64,000 bases of DNA from a virus: positions 10,257 to 74,256 of the IMG/VR virus record IMGVR_UViG_3300032116_000125; one strand, given 5' to 3'. Shown here piece after piece: positions 28,244 through 38,168 of this stretch. Within the stretch, counting starts at the first letter, position 1; every line of letters starts with the position of its first letter. Under the pieces are notes generated by a model that worked only from the letters and a program-made list of their open reading frames with translations, was not told where the DNA came from and ran no database searches. Both the position numbers and the translations under genes were made by a program.

Positions 28244-29497
28244 ATGGCGTCACCGGAACATCTGCTTGTCTCCAAAGTCATCCAGACTTCGGACATCGCT
28301 ACGCCCATCAAGTCGGGCATCAAGCCTGAACACCTCACTGGCACATGGGCCGAGGTGTGGTCATGGATGTCCGAGTTTTACCGTGAGCACGGGGCCGTAC
28401 CGACGCCTCGGGTGTTCAAGACGCAGTACGCCGATGTTCAGTTGTACGACGCTGAGGCAGAGACTTTTTCTCGTCTGATTGAGGAAATCTTTCAGGCCCA
28501 CACACAGCACCGCCTCGTTGAAGTCATCTCGGAAGTCATGCCTCTCATCAACGAGGGCAAGACCAAAGATGCACTAGAGCACCTGTCGTCGGGCGTGCAG
28601 ACCGCCTCGGTTGAGGTGTCCCGCATGCGGGACATTGACATCATCCAAAACTGGGAGAACCGTGTTGCTCGCTACGAAGAGATGCGGAACACCCCCAATG
28701 CTCTTCGTGGTATCCCCACGGGATTCTACGGCCTTGACCGCATCACATCCGGGTTGCGCCCCCAGCAGTACATCGTGTTTGTGGGTGAGCCCAAGCGTGG
28801 TAAATCGTTGTTCGCTCTCATCATCGCTAACTCCTGCCACATCCACGGCAAAGTGCCGATGTTCGTCTCGTTTGAGATGAGCATTGAAGAGCAGGAGGCA
28901 CGTTACGACGCCATCATCTCCAAGACCCCGTACAACAAGATTCTCCGGGGTGACTTGAACAAGAACGAGATGGACCGCATCGCCAAGGCGCTTCGGGCCC
29001 GGAAGAACATGCAACCCTTCATCTTCAGTGAGGACACCTCGTCGCTCACAACTATCTCAGCACTCATGGGCAAGGCCAAGGAATACCAACCCGATCTTCT
29101 CGTCGTTGACGGCGTGTATTTGATGGACGATGAGGAAGGTGAGCCCAAGGGTTCCCCGCAAGCGCTGACAAACATCACCCGTGGCCTTAAACGAATGGCC
29201 CAGAAGTTAGACATCCCCGTGGTGTCCACGACGCAGGCGCTGTCGTGGAAGTTAAACAACAAGAAGACTCGCGCCATCACTGCTGACGCCATTGGTTACT
29301 CATCGTCTTTCGTGCAGGACGCAGACCTAGTGCTCGGCGTTGAGCGCAACCCTGACTTGGACGACCAAGCAATTATTCGTGTCGTAGCGGCCCGCACAGC
29401 CCCAACTGGCGAAGTACACATCAAGTGGGACTGGGACCACATGGACTTCTCGGAGGTGACTGCTGATGGCTACGGTGTCGGAGACGCATTTGACTGA
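28244..29497 (+). CDS. dnaB: DnaB-like replicative helicase
   Basis: GIPTGF..LD, GEPKRGKS, SFEMS, VVDGVYLM and QDADLV motifs. Confidence 0.93.
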   Translation: MASPEHLLVSKVIQTSDIATPIKSGIKPEHLTGTWAEVWSWMSEFYREHGAVPTPRVFKTQYADVQLYDAEAETFSRLIEEIFQAHTQHRLVEVISEVMPLINEGKTKDALEHLSSGVQTASVEVSRMRDIDIIQNWENRVARYEEMRNTPNALRGIPTGFYGLDRITSGLRPQQYIVFVGEPKRGKSLFALIIANSCHIHGKVPMFVSFEMSIEEQEARYDAIISKTPYNKILRGDLNKNEMDRIAKALRARKNMQPFIFSEDTSSLTTISALMGKAKEYQPDLLVVDGVYLMDDEEGEPKGSPQALTNITRGLKRMAQKLDIPVVSTTQALSWKLNNKKTRAITADAIGYSSSFVQDADLVLGVERNPDLDDQAIIRVVAARTAPTGEVHIKWDWDHMDFSEVTADGYGVGDAFD

Positions 29498-30389
29498 CCT
29501 CGCCTCGGTGCTCAAGAGCATCGGCGTAGATGTTCGCCGTGCAGATGGTCGTGAGATTTCCGGTAGGTGTCCGGTGCACCGCCGTGTCACGGGGCGTGAG
29601 GACGGCTCACCGTCATGGAGCATGAACGCCCAAACCGGTTTGTGGATTTGCTTCTCGTGCGGGGCCCGAGGCACCCTAAGCATGCTGGTGTCGGAACTAA
29701 CTGGTGAACCCGACGCCATCATGGCGGTCCATCACTTCTTGATTGACCGCAACTTGGAGCGCCTTACCACCGGCGTAGAGGTCACCGAGAAGAAGCCAGA
29801 GATCGACTGGGTGTCTTTCTCCAAGTTTGTGCTCCCTCCTGAGTCTGCCTTATCTAAGCGGGGGCTTGATCCTGATCAAGTACTGATGCACGGTGTCCGT
29901 TGGGACAACATGAACAAGGCGTGGGTGATCCCCATTGTTAATCACTTTGGCGACCTACAGGGCTGGCAGACCAAGGCGCCCGGGTGGGTACGCAACTTCC
30001 CAGTGGGTGTCAAAAAGTCGGACAGCCTGTTTGGGATTGAGCGCTTCATGGGTGGTACCGCAGTACTCGTGGAGTCCCCGTTGGATGTCGTGCGCTTCGC
30101 CAGCGTATTTGAGAAGCCTCAGGCGTTGGCCACCTTTGGTGCCGCCGTCTCGGACAAGCAACTTGCCCTGCTCTCTACAGTGGCTGACCGTGTCGTCATC
30201 GCCATGGATAACGACGAAGCAGGCATCCGCTCCAGCAAATCACTCTTCAACAGGTTGCCCCATTTTCGCCGTGGAACGCTATGGTGGAACTACTCCGGTA
30301 CCTCTGCCAAAGACATCGGTGACATGACCACCTCAGAGATGGCCCATGGGCTAGCCTCGGCGTCTCGTGTACTTCCGTGGACCATCTAA
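29466..30389 (+). CDS. DNA primase (Zn finger + TOPRIM)
   Basis: CPVH..CFSC; VESPLD; MDNDEAG; KDIGD. Confidence 0.88.
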   Translation: MATVSETHLTDLASVLKSIGVDVRRADGREISGRCPVHRRVTGREDGSPSWSMNAQTGLWICFSCGARGTLSMLVSELTGEPDAIMAVHHFLIDRNLERLTTGVEVTEKKPEIDWVSFSKFVLPPESALSKRGLDPDQVLMHGVRWDNMNKAWVIPIVNHFGDLQGWQTKAPGWVRNFPVGVKKSDSLFGIERFMGGTAVLVESPLDVVRFASVFEKPQALATFGAAVSDKQLALLSTVADRVVIAMDNDEAGIRSSKSLFNRLPHFRRGTLWWNYSGTSAKDIGDMTTSEMAHGLASASRVLPWTI

Positions 30390-30407
30390 CTACCAAAGGA
30401 GAAACCA

Positions 30408-30842
30408 ATGCCCAAGATCATCAGGCAAAGCCCCGAGCCCACAGACAGTGCGTATCTGTCTCGTCTCGTAGATGAATACATCAAGGCCAAGGAGTTCAGT
30501 GATGCCGCCGTTAAGCGCACTGAAGAGATGAAGAAAGAACTGTCCAACATTGTGGACATTGACGGGTACACCGACCACGTTGGCCACAAGTGGATTGAGG
30601 TTGGCTCCGGTGTGCAACTCAAGCGTGAGCGCCGGGTCTCCGTCAATTTGGACCAGTCCGAGGCCCAAGACTGGGCGATTAAGAATGACTTGTGGGATGA
30701 AATTTCAATTCCGATCCGTGTGCTTGACGAAGATGCCCTTGCCACTGTGGCGGTTGAGCGCCCCGAGTTGCAGGGTGAGATTCAAAGTTTGTACAAAGAG
30801 AAGGAAACTTGGGCTTTTAAAGTCGTAGAGCCCAAAAAATAA
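30408..30842 (+). CDS. Hypothetical phage protein
   Basis: AAGGAG RBS; 144 aa. Confidence 0.7.
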   Translation: MPKIIRQSPEPTDSAYLSRLVDEYIKAKEFSDAAVKRTEEMKKELSNIVDIDGYTDHVGHKWIEVGSGVQLKRERRVSVNLDQSEAQDWAIKNDLWDEISIPIRVLDEDALATVAVERPELQGEIQSLYKEKETWAFKVVEPKK

Positions 30843-30881
30843 TAACTGCTATCCTTATGGGGAATAAGGAGGTAGTAAGCC

Positions 30882-31061
30882 ATGACTAAGAACGAAGACC
30901 GCACACCTCCGGGGAGATGGGAATGTCCGAAATGTGGAACTCTAGTGGAGACGATGGTTCCGACGATTGGTCCTCCGACCTGTTCCCGCCACACTGGTGG
31001 CGCAGTTCGGATGGGCATAACAACCAAGCCTTTTCCGAAGGCAAAGGAGTCCCTGAGTTAG
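30882..31061 (+). CDS. 59-aa zinc-finger-like protein (WECPKCG..PTCSRH); not in ORF track
   Basis: AAGGAGG RBS; CxxC...CxxH. Confidence 0.6.
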   Translation: MTKNEDRTPPGRWECPKCGTLVETMVPTIGPPTCSRHTGGAVRMGITTKPFPKAKESLS

Positions 31062-31228
31062 TCCTCACAATTGACACTATTGTCAATTTGTTGCGCGTGG
31101 TCAGCGTCTGTCCACCGCGTAACCTTGCTTCGGCATTGCTTTCAGGGGATAACGCCGTTACTCTGGAGGAAAGAGCCCGGCTTACCACTTGGTGCGAGAA
31201 TCTTTGCGATTATCTTTCAAATAACTAA
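30917..31228 (+). CDS. Hypothetical protein overlapping the previous ORF in another frame
   Basis: Fills the gap 31061-31228; start uncertain. Confidence 0.4.
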   Translation: MGMSEMWNSSGDDGSDDWSSDLFPPHWWRSSDGHNNQAFSEGKGVPELVLTIDTIVNLLRVVSVCPPRNLASALLSGDNAVTLEERARLTTWCENLCDYLSNN

Positions 31229-31238
31229 AGTAACTACG

Positions 31239-31667
31239 ATGGCCCCTGACCCTCTTGATCTACTAGGTGACCTACCTGATTGGCCCGGCTCTCGCCCGCC
31301 CAAGAATCGCTCCAAGAGCCCCTCCGTAGCCCTTGACACAACCAACGGTGCTCGGTCTAAGATGTACCGAATCAACGGTGCAGACATTGAGATGTTCACC
31401 ATCGGTGAAGCCGCCCGAGCACTCGGACGGACTGCCAGCACATTACGAATGTGGGAGAACCAAGGGTGGATACCCCGAGCAACATACAGATCGCCAGCGC
31501 CACGGAAGAGTCAACTTCCGGGGAAAGTCCCCAAGGGGAGGCGCCTCTACAGCAGGGCACAGGTAGACTTTCTGAAAGACTGTATCGTGCGCTTCAACTT
31601 GGACGACAAAAACTCCAAGCACTGGGAACAGTTCAAGACCTACGCCATAACCCATTGGCCAAAATAG
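31239..31667 (+). CDS. MerR-like HTH DNA-binding protein
   Basis: FTIGEAARALGRTASTLRMWENQG...RRLYS. Confidence 0.85.
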   Translation: MAPDPLDLLGDLPDWPGSRPPKNRSKSPSVALDTTNGARSKMYRINGADIEMFTIGEAARALGRTASTLRMWENQGWIPRATYRSPAPRKSQLPGKVPKGRRLYSRAQVDFLKDCIVRFNLDDKNSKHWEQFKTYAITHWPK

Positions 31668-31737
31668 ACTCCGAGCACCCCGGTGCTCACGAGTAACACA
31701 CAAACACAAACACAACACACACGAGAAAGACAGAAAC

Positions 31738-32469
31738 ATGCCCAGATACGACGATGACGACGACTTTGAGAAAGACGAGCAGGAGTATGAAGCCCCTCGC
31801 CGTCTGCGGGTCATTGAAGATGATGAAGATGACGCCCCCGTCCGTAAGGCCAGCGCACCCAGCAAGGCCGAGCCTGCCCCCCGCCGAGTGATTCGTGGCG
31901 GTTGGGAAGGCGTGAAGCAGTTGAAGTCCGATGTCTCGGACTCCTCCTATGCTCAGCGTCTCAAGGTTTCGGAAGAGCCGATCATCGTGAAGTTCCTTGA
32001 AGCGGCCCCGTATGCGGCCTACCGCCAGCACTGGGTGGAGCGCACCGGTCAGAAGTCGTTCACCTGCATCGGCAACATTGACCCCAACGGTTGCCCGTTG
32101 TGCGACTCGGGTAACCGCCCCAGCAACAAGTTTGCGTTTAACGTGGTCTTGTTGGCCCCGGGCGAGGAGCCGGTGCTCCGCTCGTACGAGGTTGGTTCCC
32201 GCGCCATTGACCAGTTGAAGAACTTCAATGACGACCCCCGTCAGGGACCGCTCCCGAAGCACTACTGGGCGATCAGTCGCTCGGGCAAGGGTGCCACGAC
32301 CGCAACCAACCATCAGTTGGTCAAGGCCCGTGACCTTGAGGAGGAGTGGGGAGTCACGGAACTCTCGGAGAGTGACCTCAACCACTTCCTGAAGTCGGCT
32401 TACACCGATGAGATTGTCCCGATTCCCACTCGGTCGTCGCTCCTTGCCATCTGCGCTGAAGACGAGTGA
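31738..32469 (+). CDS. Single-stranded DNA-binding protein (gp32-like, Zn-binding)
   Basis: QHW..FTC..CPLC; YWAISRSGKG; acidic termini; upstream of the polymerase gene. Confidence 0.75.
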   Translation: MPRYDDDDDFEKDEQEYEAPRRLRVIEDDEDDAPVRKASAPSKAEPAPRRVIRGGWEGVKQLKSDVSDSSYAQRLKVSEEPIIVKFLEAAPYAAYRQHWVERTGQKSFTCIGNIDPNGCPLCDSGNRPSNKFAFNVVLLAPGEEPVLRSYEVGSRAIDQLKNFNDDPRQGPLPKHYWAISRSGKGATTATNHQLVKARDLEEEWGVTELSESDLNHFLKSAYTDEIVPIPTRSSLLAICAEDE

Positions 32470-32502
32470 CCGTGTCGGGGTCAACACCCGAACAAGACCC
32501 GA

Positions 32503-32530
32503 GAGGGAGGGGCTTTATGGCCCCTCCCTC
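32503..32530 (+). promoter_or_regulatory. Hairpin sequestering the polymerase RBS, with ATG in the loop
   Basis: GAGGGAGGGGC-TTTATG-GCCCCTCCCTC, a perfect 11-bp stem. Confidence 0.6.
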
Positions 32531-34580
32531 AGTGGTTTCTACGGTAGAAGAACTGCACCAAATCGTTAAAGTCATCCAAGAAATCGGGGCATTTGCCTTT
32601 GATGTGGAGACACGGGGAGTCGTTGAGCGCCATAACGACGCCATGGAGGCATTCAACACGGAGTTGAAGTCTCACCTGTCCAACATGGTCTCTAAGTCGC
32701 CGTCCGTGCGGGAGGCCACTCGTGAGCGCCTGATGCAGAAGTGGCGGGAGACTCTCGCTCTTGACCCCCTGCGTAACGAGGTCTTTTGGATTGGCATCGC
32801 CACAGACGGACATTCTTGGGCTATTCCCATGGGCCATTCCCATGGCGAGATGCTCACGCCCGAGGAGGTGGGGGACGGCTCCACCACGCCACCGCCCGGG
32901 TATCGCAAACTTCTTAAAGACGGAACTGAGTCGGAGGCCAAGGCGCGTTATCGCATACCCGCAACCTTCCTGCCACCCCCTCCGCAGTTACAAAGGTCTG
33001 AGGTATTCACAACCTTAGAGTGCCTTTTCTGTGATCCGAACATCGTCAAGGTGGGTCACAACGTCAAGTTTGACTCCCGTTCTATCCGTAAGTACTTAGC
33101 GCAGGACCTCCCAATGGAGGGCTTCATGGACACGATGGTCATGCAACATATCGTGAACGAGAACCTCCGTGGGTACGGTTTGACTGACCTAATCGCCCAT
33201 AACTACGCCGGTCACAATGCCTACTACCGTGACGGCAAACTCGGCAAGATTATTGACCATGTGCCTTTCTCCAAGGCCGCTCGGTATGTACACCTTGACG
33301 TTCGTTGGACATGGTCGCTGTACCGCCGTCTGTGGGTGAAGATCAAAAACCGCCAAGGGTTACGCAACGCTCTAGAGCAAGACATGCTGGTTCTCCGGGT
33401 CCTGATGGACATGGAAGACGAAGGCATCCCGGTTACCAAGAGCGCCATGGTGGTACTCGGGCGTGAGTTGGACAACAAGATGCGGGACCTGCTCCTCCAG
33501 ATGAGCAAGTACACCCCTCCGGGGTTTAACCCCGACAGCAATAAGAGTAAGCAAGAGTTTCTCTTTAAGAAAAAGTCTGCGGGCGGGCTTGGGTTGAAGT
33601 CCCACAAAAAGACCAACAAGGGCGCTGATTCAGTTGATGAGGAGGCCCTGCGCTACTTGGAAAATGCCCACCCGCTGATTCCCATGCTCTTGGAGTGGCA
33701 GGAGTTAAAGAAGGTCAAGTCAACGTACGTTGATGGGCTTCTTTTGAAACTGGTGAATAACAGTCTCCACCCGTCATTCCATTTGCACAGGACCGCCACG
33801 GGGCGCTTGTCCTCCAGTAGCCCCAACCTTCAGAACATCCCCCGTGACTCCACCATCCGGAGCCTTTTTGTCGCGCCCCCCAAGCACACACTCTTGGTGG
33901 CTGACTATGATCAGATTGAACTCCGTGTCATGTGCATGTTCTCCAAAGATAAGAACATGAGTAAGTTCTTCCTTCAGGAGCAGGACATTCACGCTGGAGC
34001 GGCGGCGCTGGTGCTCGGTAAGAAGCCTGACGAAGTAACCGCTGAGGAACGCCAGTTAGGCAAGGGTGTTAACTTCTTGACCGCCTATGGTGGTGGTGCT
34101 CAGAAACTTGCAAGAACAACTGGTATTACTGAGCAACGTGCCAGAGAAGTCATTAATAACTACTACAAACAATTTAGCGGTATTTCTGCGTGGAAAGCCA
34201 CCGAGATAATAAAGGCACGACAGCGTGGGTATGTGACCACGCTATCCGGTAGGCGACGCCGACTCCCTGAGTTGAGCAGTACAGACGAGTCACTGCGGGC
34301 GCGAGCCGAGCGCCAAGCGATTAACGCTATTGTCCAAGGTTCAGCGGCTGACATCTGTAAGATTGCTATGATTGATGTTCATGAAGCGCTAAAACCTTTT
34401 AACGCTAAAATCCTAGTTCAGGTCCACGACGAGTTAGTAGTCGCGGTTCCTGATCACTGCGTGGATGAAGCACAACAAGTAATGGTGGACGCCATGGGTC
34501 ACGGGCGGGTCATTGAAGGAATACCACTCAAAGTGTCCTGCCACTCAGCAAACTCATGGTCGGAGGCCAAAGGCAAATGA
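32517..34580 (+). CDS. polA: Family A DNA polymerase with 3'-5' exonuclease, no 5'-3' exonuclease
   Basis: DVET, HNVKFD, TGRLSS..PNLQNIP, ADYDQIELR, KGVNF..YG and QVHDE motifs. Confidence 0.95.
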   Translation: MAPPSVVSTVEELHQIVKVIQEIGAFAFDVETRGVVERHNDAMEAFNTELKSHLSNMVSKSPSVREATRERLMQKWRETLALDPLRNEVFWIGIATDGHSWAIPMGHSHGEMLTPEEVGDGSTTPPPGYRKLLKDGTESEAKARYRIPATFLPPPPQLQRSEVFTTLECLFCDPNIVKVGHNVKFDSRSIRKYLAQDLPMEGFMDTMVMQHIVNENLRGYGLTDLIAHNYAGHNAYYRDGKLGKIIDHVPFSKAARYVHLDVRWTWSLYRRLWVKIKNRQGLRNALEQDMLVLRVLMDMEDEGIPVTKSAMVVLGRELDNKMRDLLLQMSKYTPPGFNPDSNKSKQEFLFKKKSAGGLGLKSHKKTNKGADSVDEEALRYLENAHPLIPMLLEWQELKKVKSTYVDGLLLKLVNNSLHPSFHLHRTATGRLSSSSPNLQNIPRDSTIRSLFVAPPKHTLLVADYDQIELRVMCMFSKDKNMSKFFLQEQDIHAGAAALVLGKKPDEVTAEERQLGKGVNFLTAYGGGAQKLARTTGITEQRAREVINNYYKQFSGISAWKATEIIKARQRGYVTTLSGRRRRLPELSSTDESLRARAERQAINAIVQGSAADICKIAMIDVHEALKPFNAKILVQVHDELVVAVPDHCVDEAQQVMVDAMGHGRVIEGIPLKVSCHSANSWSEAKGK

Positions 34581-35083
34581 ATGACGACGACGATCTCTCC
34601 CCGCTCAACCAGCGCACATTCCTACTTACCCTATCCCCGGCTGACGGTCAGAGCATCGCAGAACTTGCAGGCTTCTCACCCCCCTCAGAAGAGGTCATGG
34701 AGCAGGAAACTGGCGATGTCCTCGGTAAGTGGATTCGCCTCCAACGCACCGGTATTCTAGAGGACATAGAGGAGTCTGCTAGGTGGTTGTCATCAATCAT
34801 AAAGTCGCAGAATAAACTTGAAGATGACGAAACTGACGTTTCGGTCGCCCTCTTTACGTCGTTTGGCGTCTCCCTTCTCGCCATGCTTATAGACAGCGAC
34901 AAGATAGAAGTAAACAAGGACATAGAGTTTGAGGAAGAACTGCCGCTGTTCATTCAGCAGGGACCTTTGTCCCGGCTCATCCACATCATCAACCTTCTTT
35001 CAGTCCCCGGCGCCATGGCAGAGTGGGATATAGAGTTCATGGAAGACGACGATGATGACTGGGAGGATTACGACGATGAATGA
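34577..35083 (+). CDS. Acidic hypothetical protein
   Basis: ATGA overlap with the polA stop. Confidence 0.65.
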   Translation: MNDDDDLSPLNQRTFLLTLSPADGQSIAELAGFSPPSEEVMEQETGDVLGKWIRLQRTGILEDIEESARWLSSIIKSQNKLEDDETDVSVALFTSFGVSLLAMLIDSDKIEVNKDIEFEEELPLFIQQGPLSRLIHIINLLSVPGAMAEWDIEFMEDDDDDWEDYDDE

Positions 35084-35447
35084 CTGGTGGTCAAGGAAAC
35101 TGAGCAATCAGCCTTCCCCTCCACGGACACCGCCGTCCACAATGCCGTCCCGCCCCGGGGCAATCCAGTTTCCTGCCGTAGCCCAGCCTGTTCATCAGGT
35201 AACCCCACAGGAGGCCCCGCACATAACCCCGGACGGTGAAATCCGTATGGGAGATGCCATCCGTTCATGGAAAGGTGGGGAGGCGGCTCGCAAAGAGACG
35301 CAGAGTTGCCCGGAGTGCGGAGGCAATTTCGTGTTCAGTCGCGCTAAAGGCACCACGGTAAACGGTTACCCACCCGCACCTCGTTGCTATTCGTGCGGTT
35401 GGAACGGTAAATACATGCAAGCAGACCAAGCCTCTTGGGCTGTCTGA
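35076..35447 (+). CDS. Zn-ribbon hypothetical protein
   Basis: CPECG...RCYSCG; GGAGG RBS. Confidence 0.65.
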   Translation: MNDWWSRKLSNQPSPPRTPPSTMPSRPGAIQFPAVAQPVHQVTPQEAPHITPDGEIRMGDAIRSWKGGEAARKETQSCPECGGNFVFSRAKGTTVNGYPPAPRCYSCGWNGKYMQADQASWAV

Positions 35448-35467
35448 CACACAATAAGGAGCACAAC

Positions 35468-36475
35468 ATGAGCGAGAGCATCGAGACTATCTTTGCCCAA
35501 TTGAACAAGAAGTTTGGTGAGGGCACGGTTATCCGTGGCTCGGAGATGCACCAAGAACTTCCCCGCATTACGACTGGGGTGCTGGCGTTTGACCTAATGC
35601 TCGGCGGTGGTTGGCCGGTTAACCAGTGGTCTGAGATCATCGGAGACGAGTCCTCGGGTAAAACTGCCATTGCTTTTAAGACAATCGCCGCCAACCAAGC
35701 CTTAGACCCAGACTGGGTGGTGCTCTGGATCGCCGCCGAGGAGTTTGTTCCGGAATACGCCCAAGCCATTGGCGTGGACTTGGACCGTATTTGGATTGTT
35801 GAAACCAACGTGATGGAGCATGCATACGACCTGATCGTCAAGTCACTGGAGAACCGAGCGGTTGACTGCATCGTTGTGGACTCCCTCCCAGCCCTTGTCC
35901 CGGGTGACGAGGCAGAGAAACTGATGGAGGAGTTCACGGTGGGCCTCGGCGCCCGACTCACCGGCAAGTTCTTCCGCAAGTCAGGTAAGGCGCAGAAGCG
36001 GTCGCTCATCGGGGATGACCGTGGCTGTACCGGCCTCATCATCAACCAGTGGCGGGAAAAGATTGGAGTCATGTACGGGGATAACCGCACCACCCCCGGT
36101 GGTAAGGCTAAGAACTTCCATTACTTCACCCGTGTTGAGGTGAAGCGTGACGAGTGGATCAAGGTTAAGGACGAGGCGATTGGTCAGACCATCCGTGGGC
36201 GCACCATGAAGAACAAGACCTACCGCCCCCAGCAGACCGCACAGGTTGACTTCTACTTTGCTGACGGTAACGGCTTCACCCTTGGGGACTTTGACACCAT
36301 TAAGGACATCGTCAACATTGGTATCTCCATCAATGCGATCACCCGTGCGGGTGCCTTCTACACGTTTGACGGCCAGAAGTGGCAGGGCAAGGAGGCACTC
36401 CTGCTTGGCGTCCGTGAGGACGTTGACTTGCAGAAGAAACTCGCTGACATCGCCCGAAAGCACTTTGGTTCATGA
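35468..36475 (+). CDS. recA: RecA/UvsX-like recombinase
   Basis: GDESSGKT, VVDSLPAL, INQWREKIG and TTPGG motifs. Confidence 0.95.
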   Translation: MSESIETIFAQLNKKFGEGTVIRGSEMHQELPRITTGVLAFDLMLGGGWPVNQWSEIIGDESSGKTAIAFKTIAANQALDPDWVVLWIAAEEFVPEYAQAIGVDLDRIWIVETNVMEHAYDLIVKSLENRAVDCIVVDSLPALVPGDEAEKLMEEFTVGLGARLTGKFFRKSGKAQKRSLIGDDRGCTGLIINQWREKIGVMYGDNRTTPGGKAKNFHYFTRVEVKRDEWIKVKDEAIGQTIRGRTMKNKTYRPQQTAQVDFYFADGNGFTLGDFDTIKDIVNIGISINAITRAGAFYTFDGQKWQGKEALLLGVREDVDLQKKLADIARKHFGS

Positions 36476-36810
36476 TCATCGGCTCCGATGGGGAGAACAC
36501 ACGCCGGGCTATCAATAAGAAGTCACGGAAGCAGGAGGAACGCACCGCCAAGGCATACCGCGGTAGCCGTAACGCCGGAAGTGGTTCTGGCTGGCTACGC
36601 AAAAATGACGTTCGTTCTGAGCACTTTCTTATTGAAAATAAGTTCACGGATAACACTAAGTCGTACTCCATCAAGTTCACAGACCTGCGGGATTTGGAGG
36701 CGGTGGCGATTCGTGAGGACCGCATTCCGGTATTGCAGTTTGACTTGGGCGGTAAACGCTACGTCATCTTGACTGAGGACGACTTCTTGGAGATGACCCA
36801 TGGGGAATAA
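36472..36810 (+). CDS. PD-(D/E)XK nuclease (resolvase-like)
   Basis: QE..A..GSG...KNDV...IENK. Confidence 0.7.
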   Translation: MIIGSDGENTRRAINKKSRKQEERTAKAYRGSRNAGSGSGWLRKNDVRSEHFLIENKFTDNTKSYSIKFTDLRDLEAVAIREDRIPVLQFDLGGKRYVILTEDDFLEMTHGE

Positions 36811-37804
36811 CAAGTGGATACTTGAGCAACTTAAAGAGAACGCCAAGTCAACCGGTGTTATCCTGCCTATCGTCCGGGTTCAAGCGGCCTTAGATAACGC
36901 TAACTCACAAGCAGAGCGTGACTCATCAGGACTGCACCCCAGCGAAATCTGCAAAAAGAACTGGTGCCCCCGCTCTTCGTGGTACACCCTCATGGGTTTC
37001 CCCCGCCCGACGACCAGTCCCGGTTTTAACCTGCTGAACATCTTTGCGGAGGGTAACGCCATCCATAACAAGTGGCAAACTTGGTTGTGGCACGCCGGTG
37101 TATTGCGGGGCAACTGGCAATGTCGCTTATGTGACCACCGCTGGCAGGGAGCGGGTGGCACATCCTGCCCATCCTGCGGGGCAGAGGCTGTCCGTTACCG
37201 TGAGGTGCCCATCCGTAACGAGGAATACAACATCACGGGGCACGCTGACGGGATTGTCGCTCACGCCGATGGCGAAACGCTCATTGAGATCAAGAGCGTA
37301 GGCGTGGGCACACTTCGCTTTGAAGCGCCCGACCTGTTTATCCCGTATTCCAAGGGTGAGATCACCATTGATGAAATGTGGAACCGTATTCGCAAGCCGT
37401 TTCCGTCCCACCTTCGTCAGGCCAACCTGTACATGTTCTGCACAGGGATACACACCTTGTCGTTCATCTATGAGTGGAAGCCCACACAAGATGTCAAAGA
37501 GTTTACCGTTCGGTTCCAGCCTGAGATCATTGACGACATCTTGACTGGGTGCGCCGATATCATGGCGCACATAGAGGGCAAGCGCCCACCAATGCGACCG
37601 ATGTGGGTGGATAGCATCACTCACGCAACATGCAAGTCATGTCCATACAAGAACAAATGTTGGGGAGAAGATGACACGGATAGTACGGACCATGCCAGCG
37701 ACCGATCCGGTGGAGAGGTTCAAGGACAAGTTCAGCCTCCCAGCACGACCGGGGTCGGCACCCCCGGAGATACCCCGGGACCTAGACGGGTTATCAGACG
37801 CTGA
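36800..37804 (+). CDS. Cas4-like PD-(D/E)XK exonuclease with Cys cluster
   Basis: HPS..C, GH.DG, EIKS, Q...YM and C-terminal CxxCPYxxxC motifs. Confidence 0.8.
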   Translation: MGNNKWILEQLKENAKSTGVILPIVRVQAALDNANSQAERDSSGLHPSEICKKNWCPRSSWYTLMGFPRPTTSPGFNLLNIFAEGNAIHNKWQTWLWHAGVLRGNWQCRLCDHRWQGAGGTSCPSCGAEAVRYREVPIRNEEYNITGHADGIVAHADGETLIEIKSVGVGTLRFEAPDLFIPYSKGEITIDEMWNRIRKPFPSHLRQANLYMFCTGIHTLSFIYEWKPTQDVKEFTVRFQPEIIDDILTGCADIMAHIEGKRPPMRPMWVDSITHATCKSCPYKNKCWGEDDTDSTDHASDRSGGEVQGQVQPPSTTGVGTPGDTPGPRRVIRR

Positions 37805-38168
37805 CCTAATGAACCTGTACCGTGAGTTCATGGCATGGGTTTCGTACTCGCAGTCTGAACTGGTCATGGCCGAGATTGACGAAGAGAAGCAGTCTCACAA
37901 ATGTCGTCTGTCTGAATCCACCGTTCTGATCGGGCAGTGGAACTCCGCTGACAAGGCAGACCGTGTGACGCTGGCTAAGGCACGGCGGGATGTGGACCCC
38001 ATCGTGGTGGCCCAGCAAGAGGCATACCAAACAGCCCGGGCCTACCGGAAACTTGTGGAGACTATGTTTGCCTCTTGTGAGCGTGGGGCGCAGTTGTTGT
38101 CCCGTGAACTGTCTCGGCGTATTGGTCTTGGTAGTAAAGACAACCGCATAACGAGGTACACGGCATGA
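37671..38168 (+). CDS. Helical hypothetical protein
   Basis: LSRELSRR C-terminus; overlaps the tail of the exonuclease gene. Confidence 0.65.
   Translation: MTRIVRTMPATDPVERFKDKFSLPARPGSAPPEIPRDLDGLSDADLMNLYREFMAWVSYSQSELVMAEIDEEKQSHKCRLSESTVLIGQWNSADKADRVTLAKARRDVDPIVVAQQEAYQTARAYRKLVETMFASCERGAQLLSRELSRRIGLGSKDNRITRYTA

Noticed and set aside
36800-37804. Cas4-like gene as evidence of a CRISPR system
   Set aside because: It is a stand-alone exonuclease in a RecA recombination module, which is common in phages.
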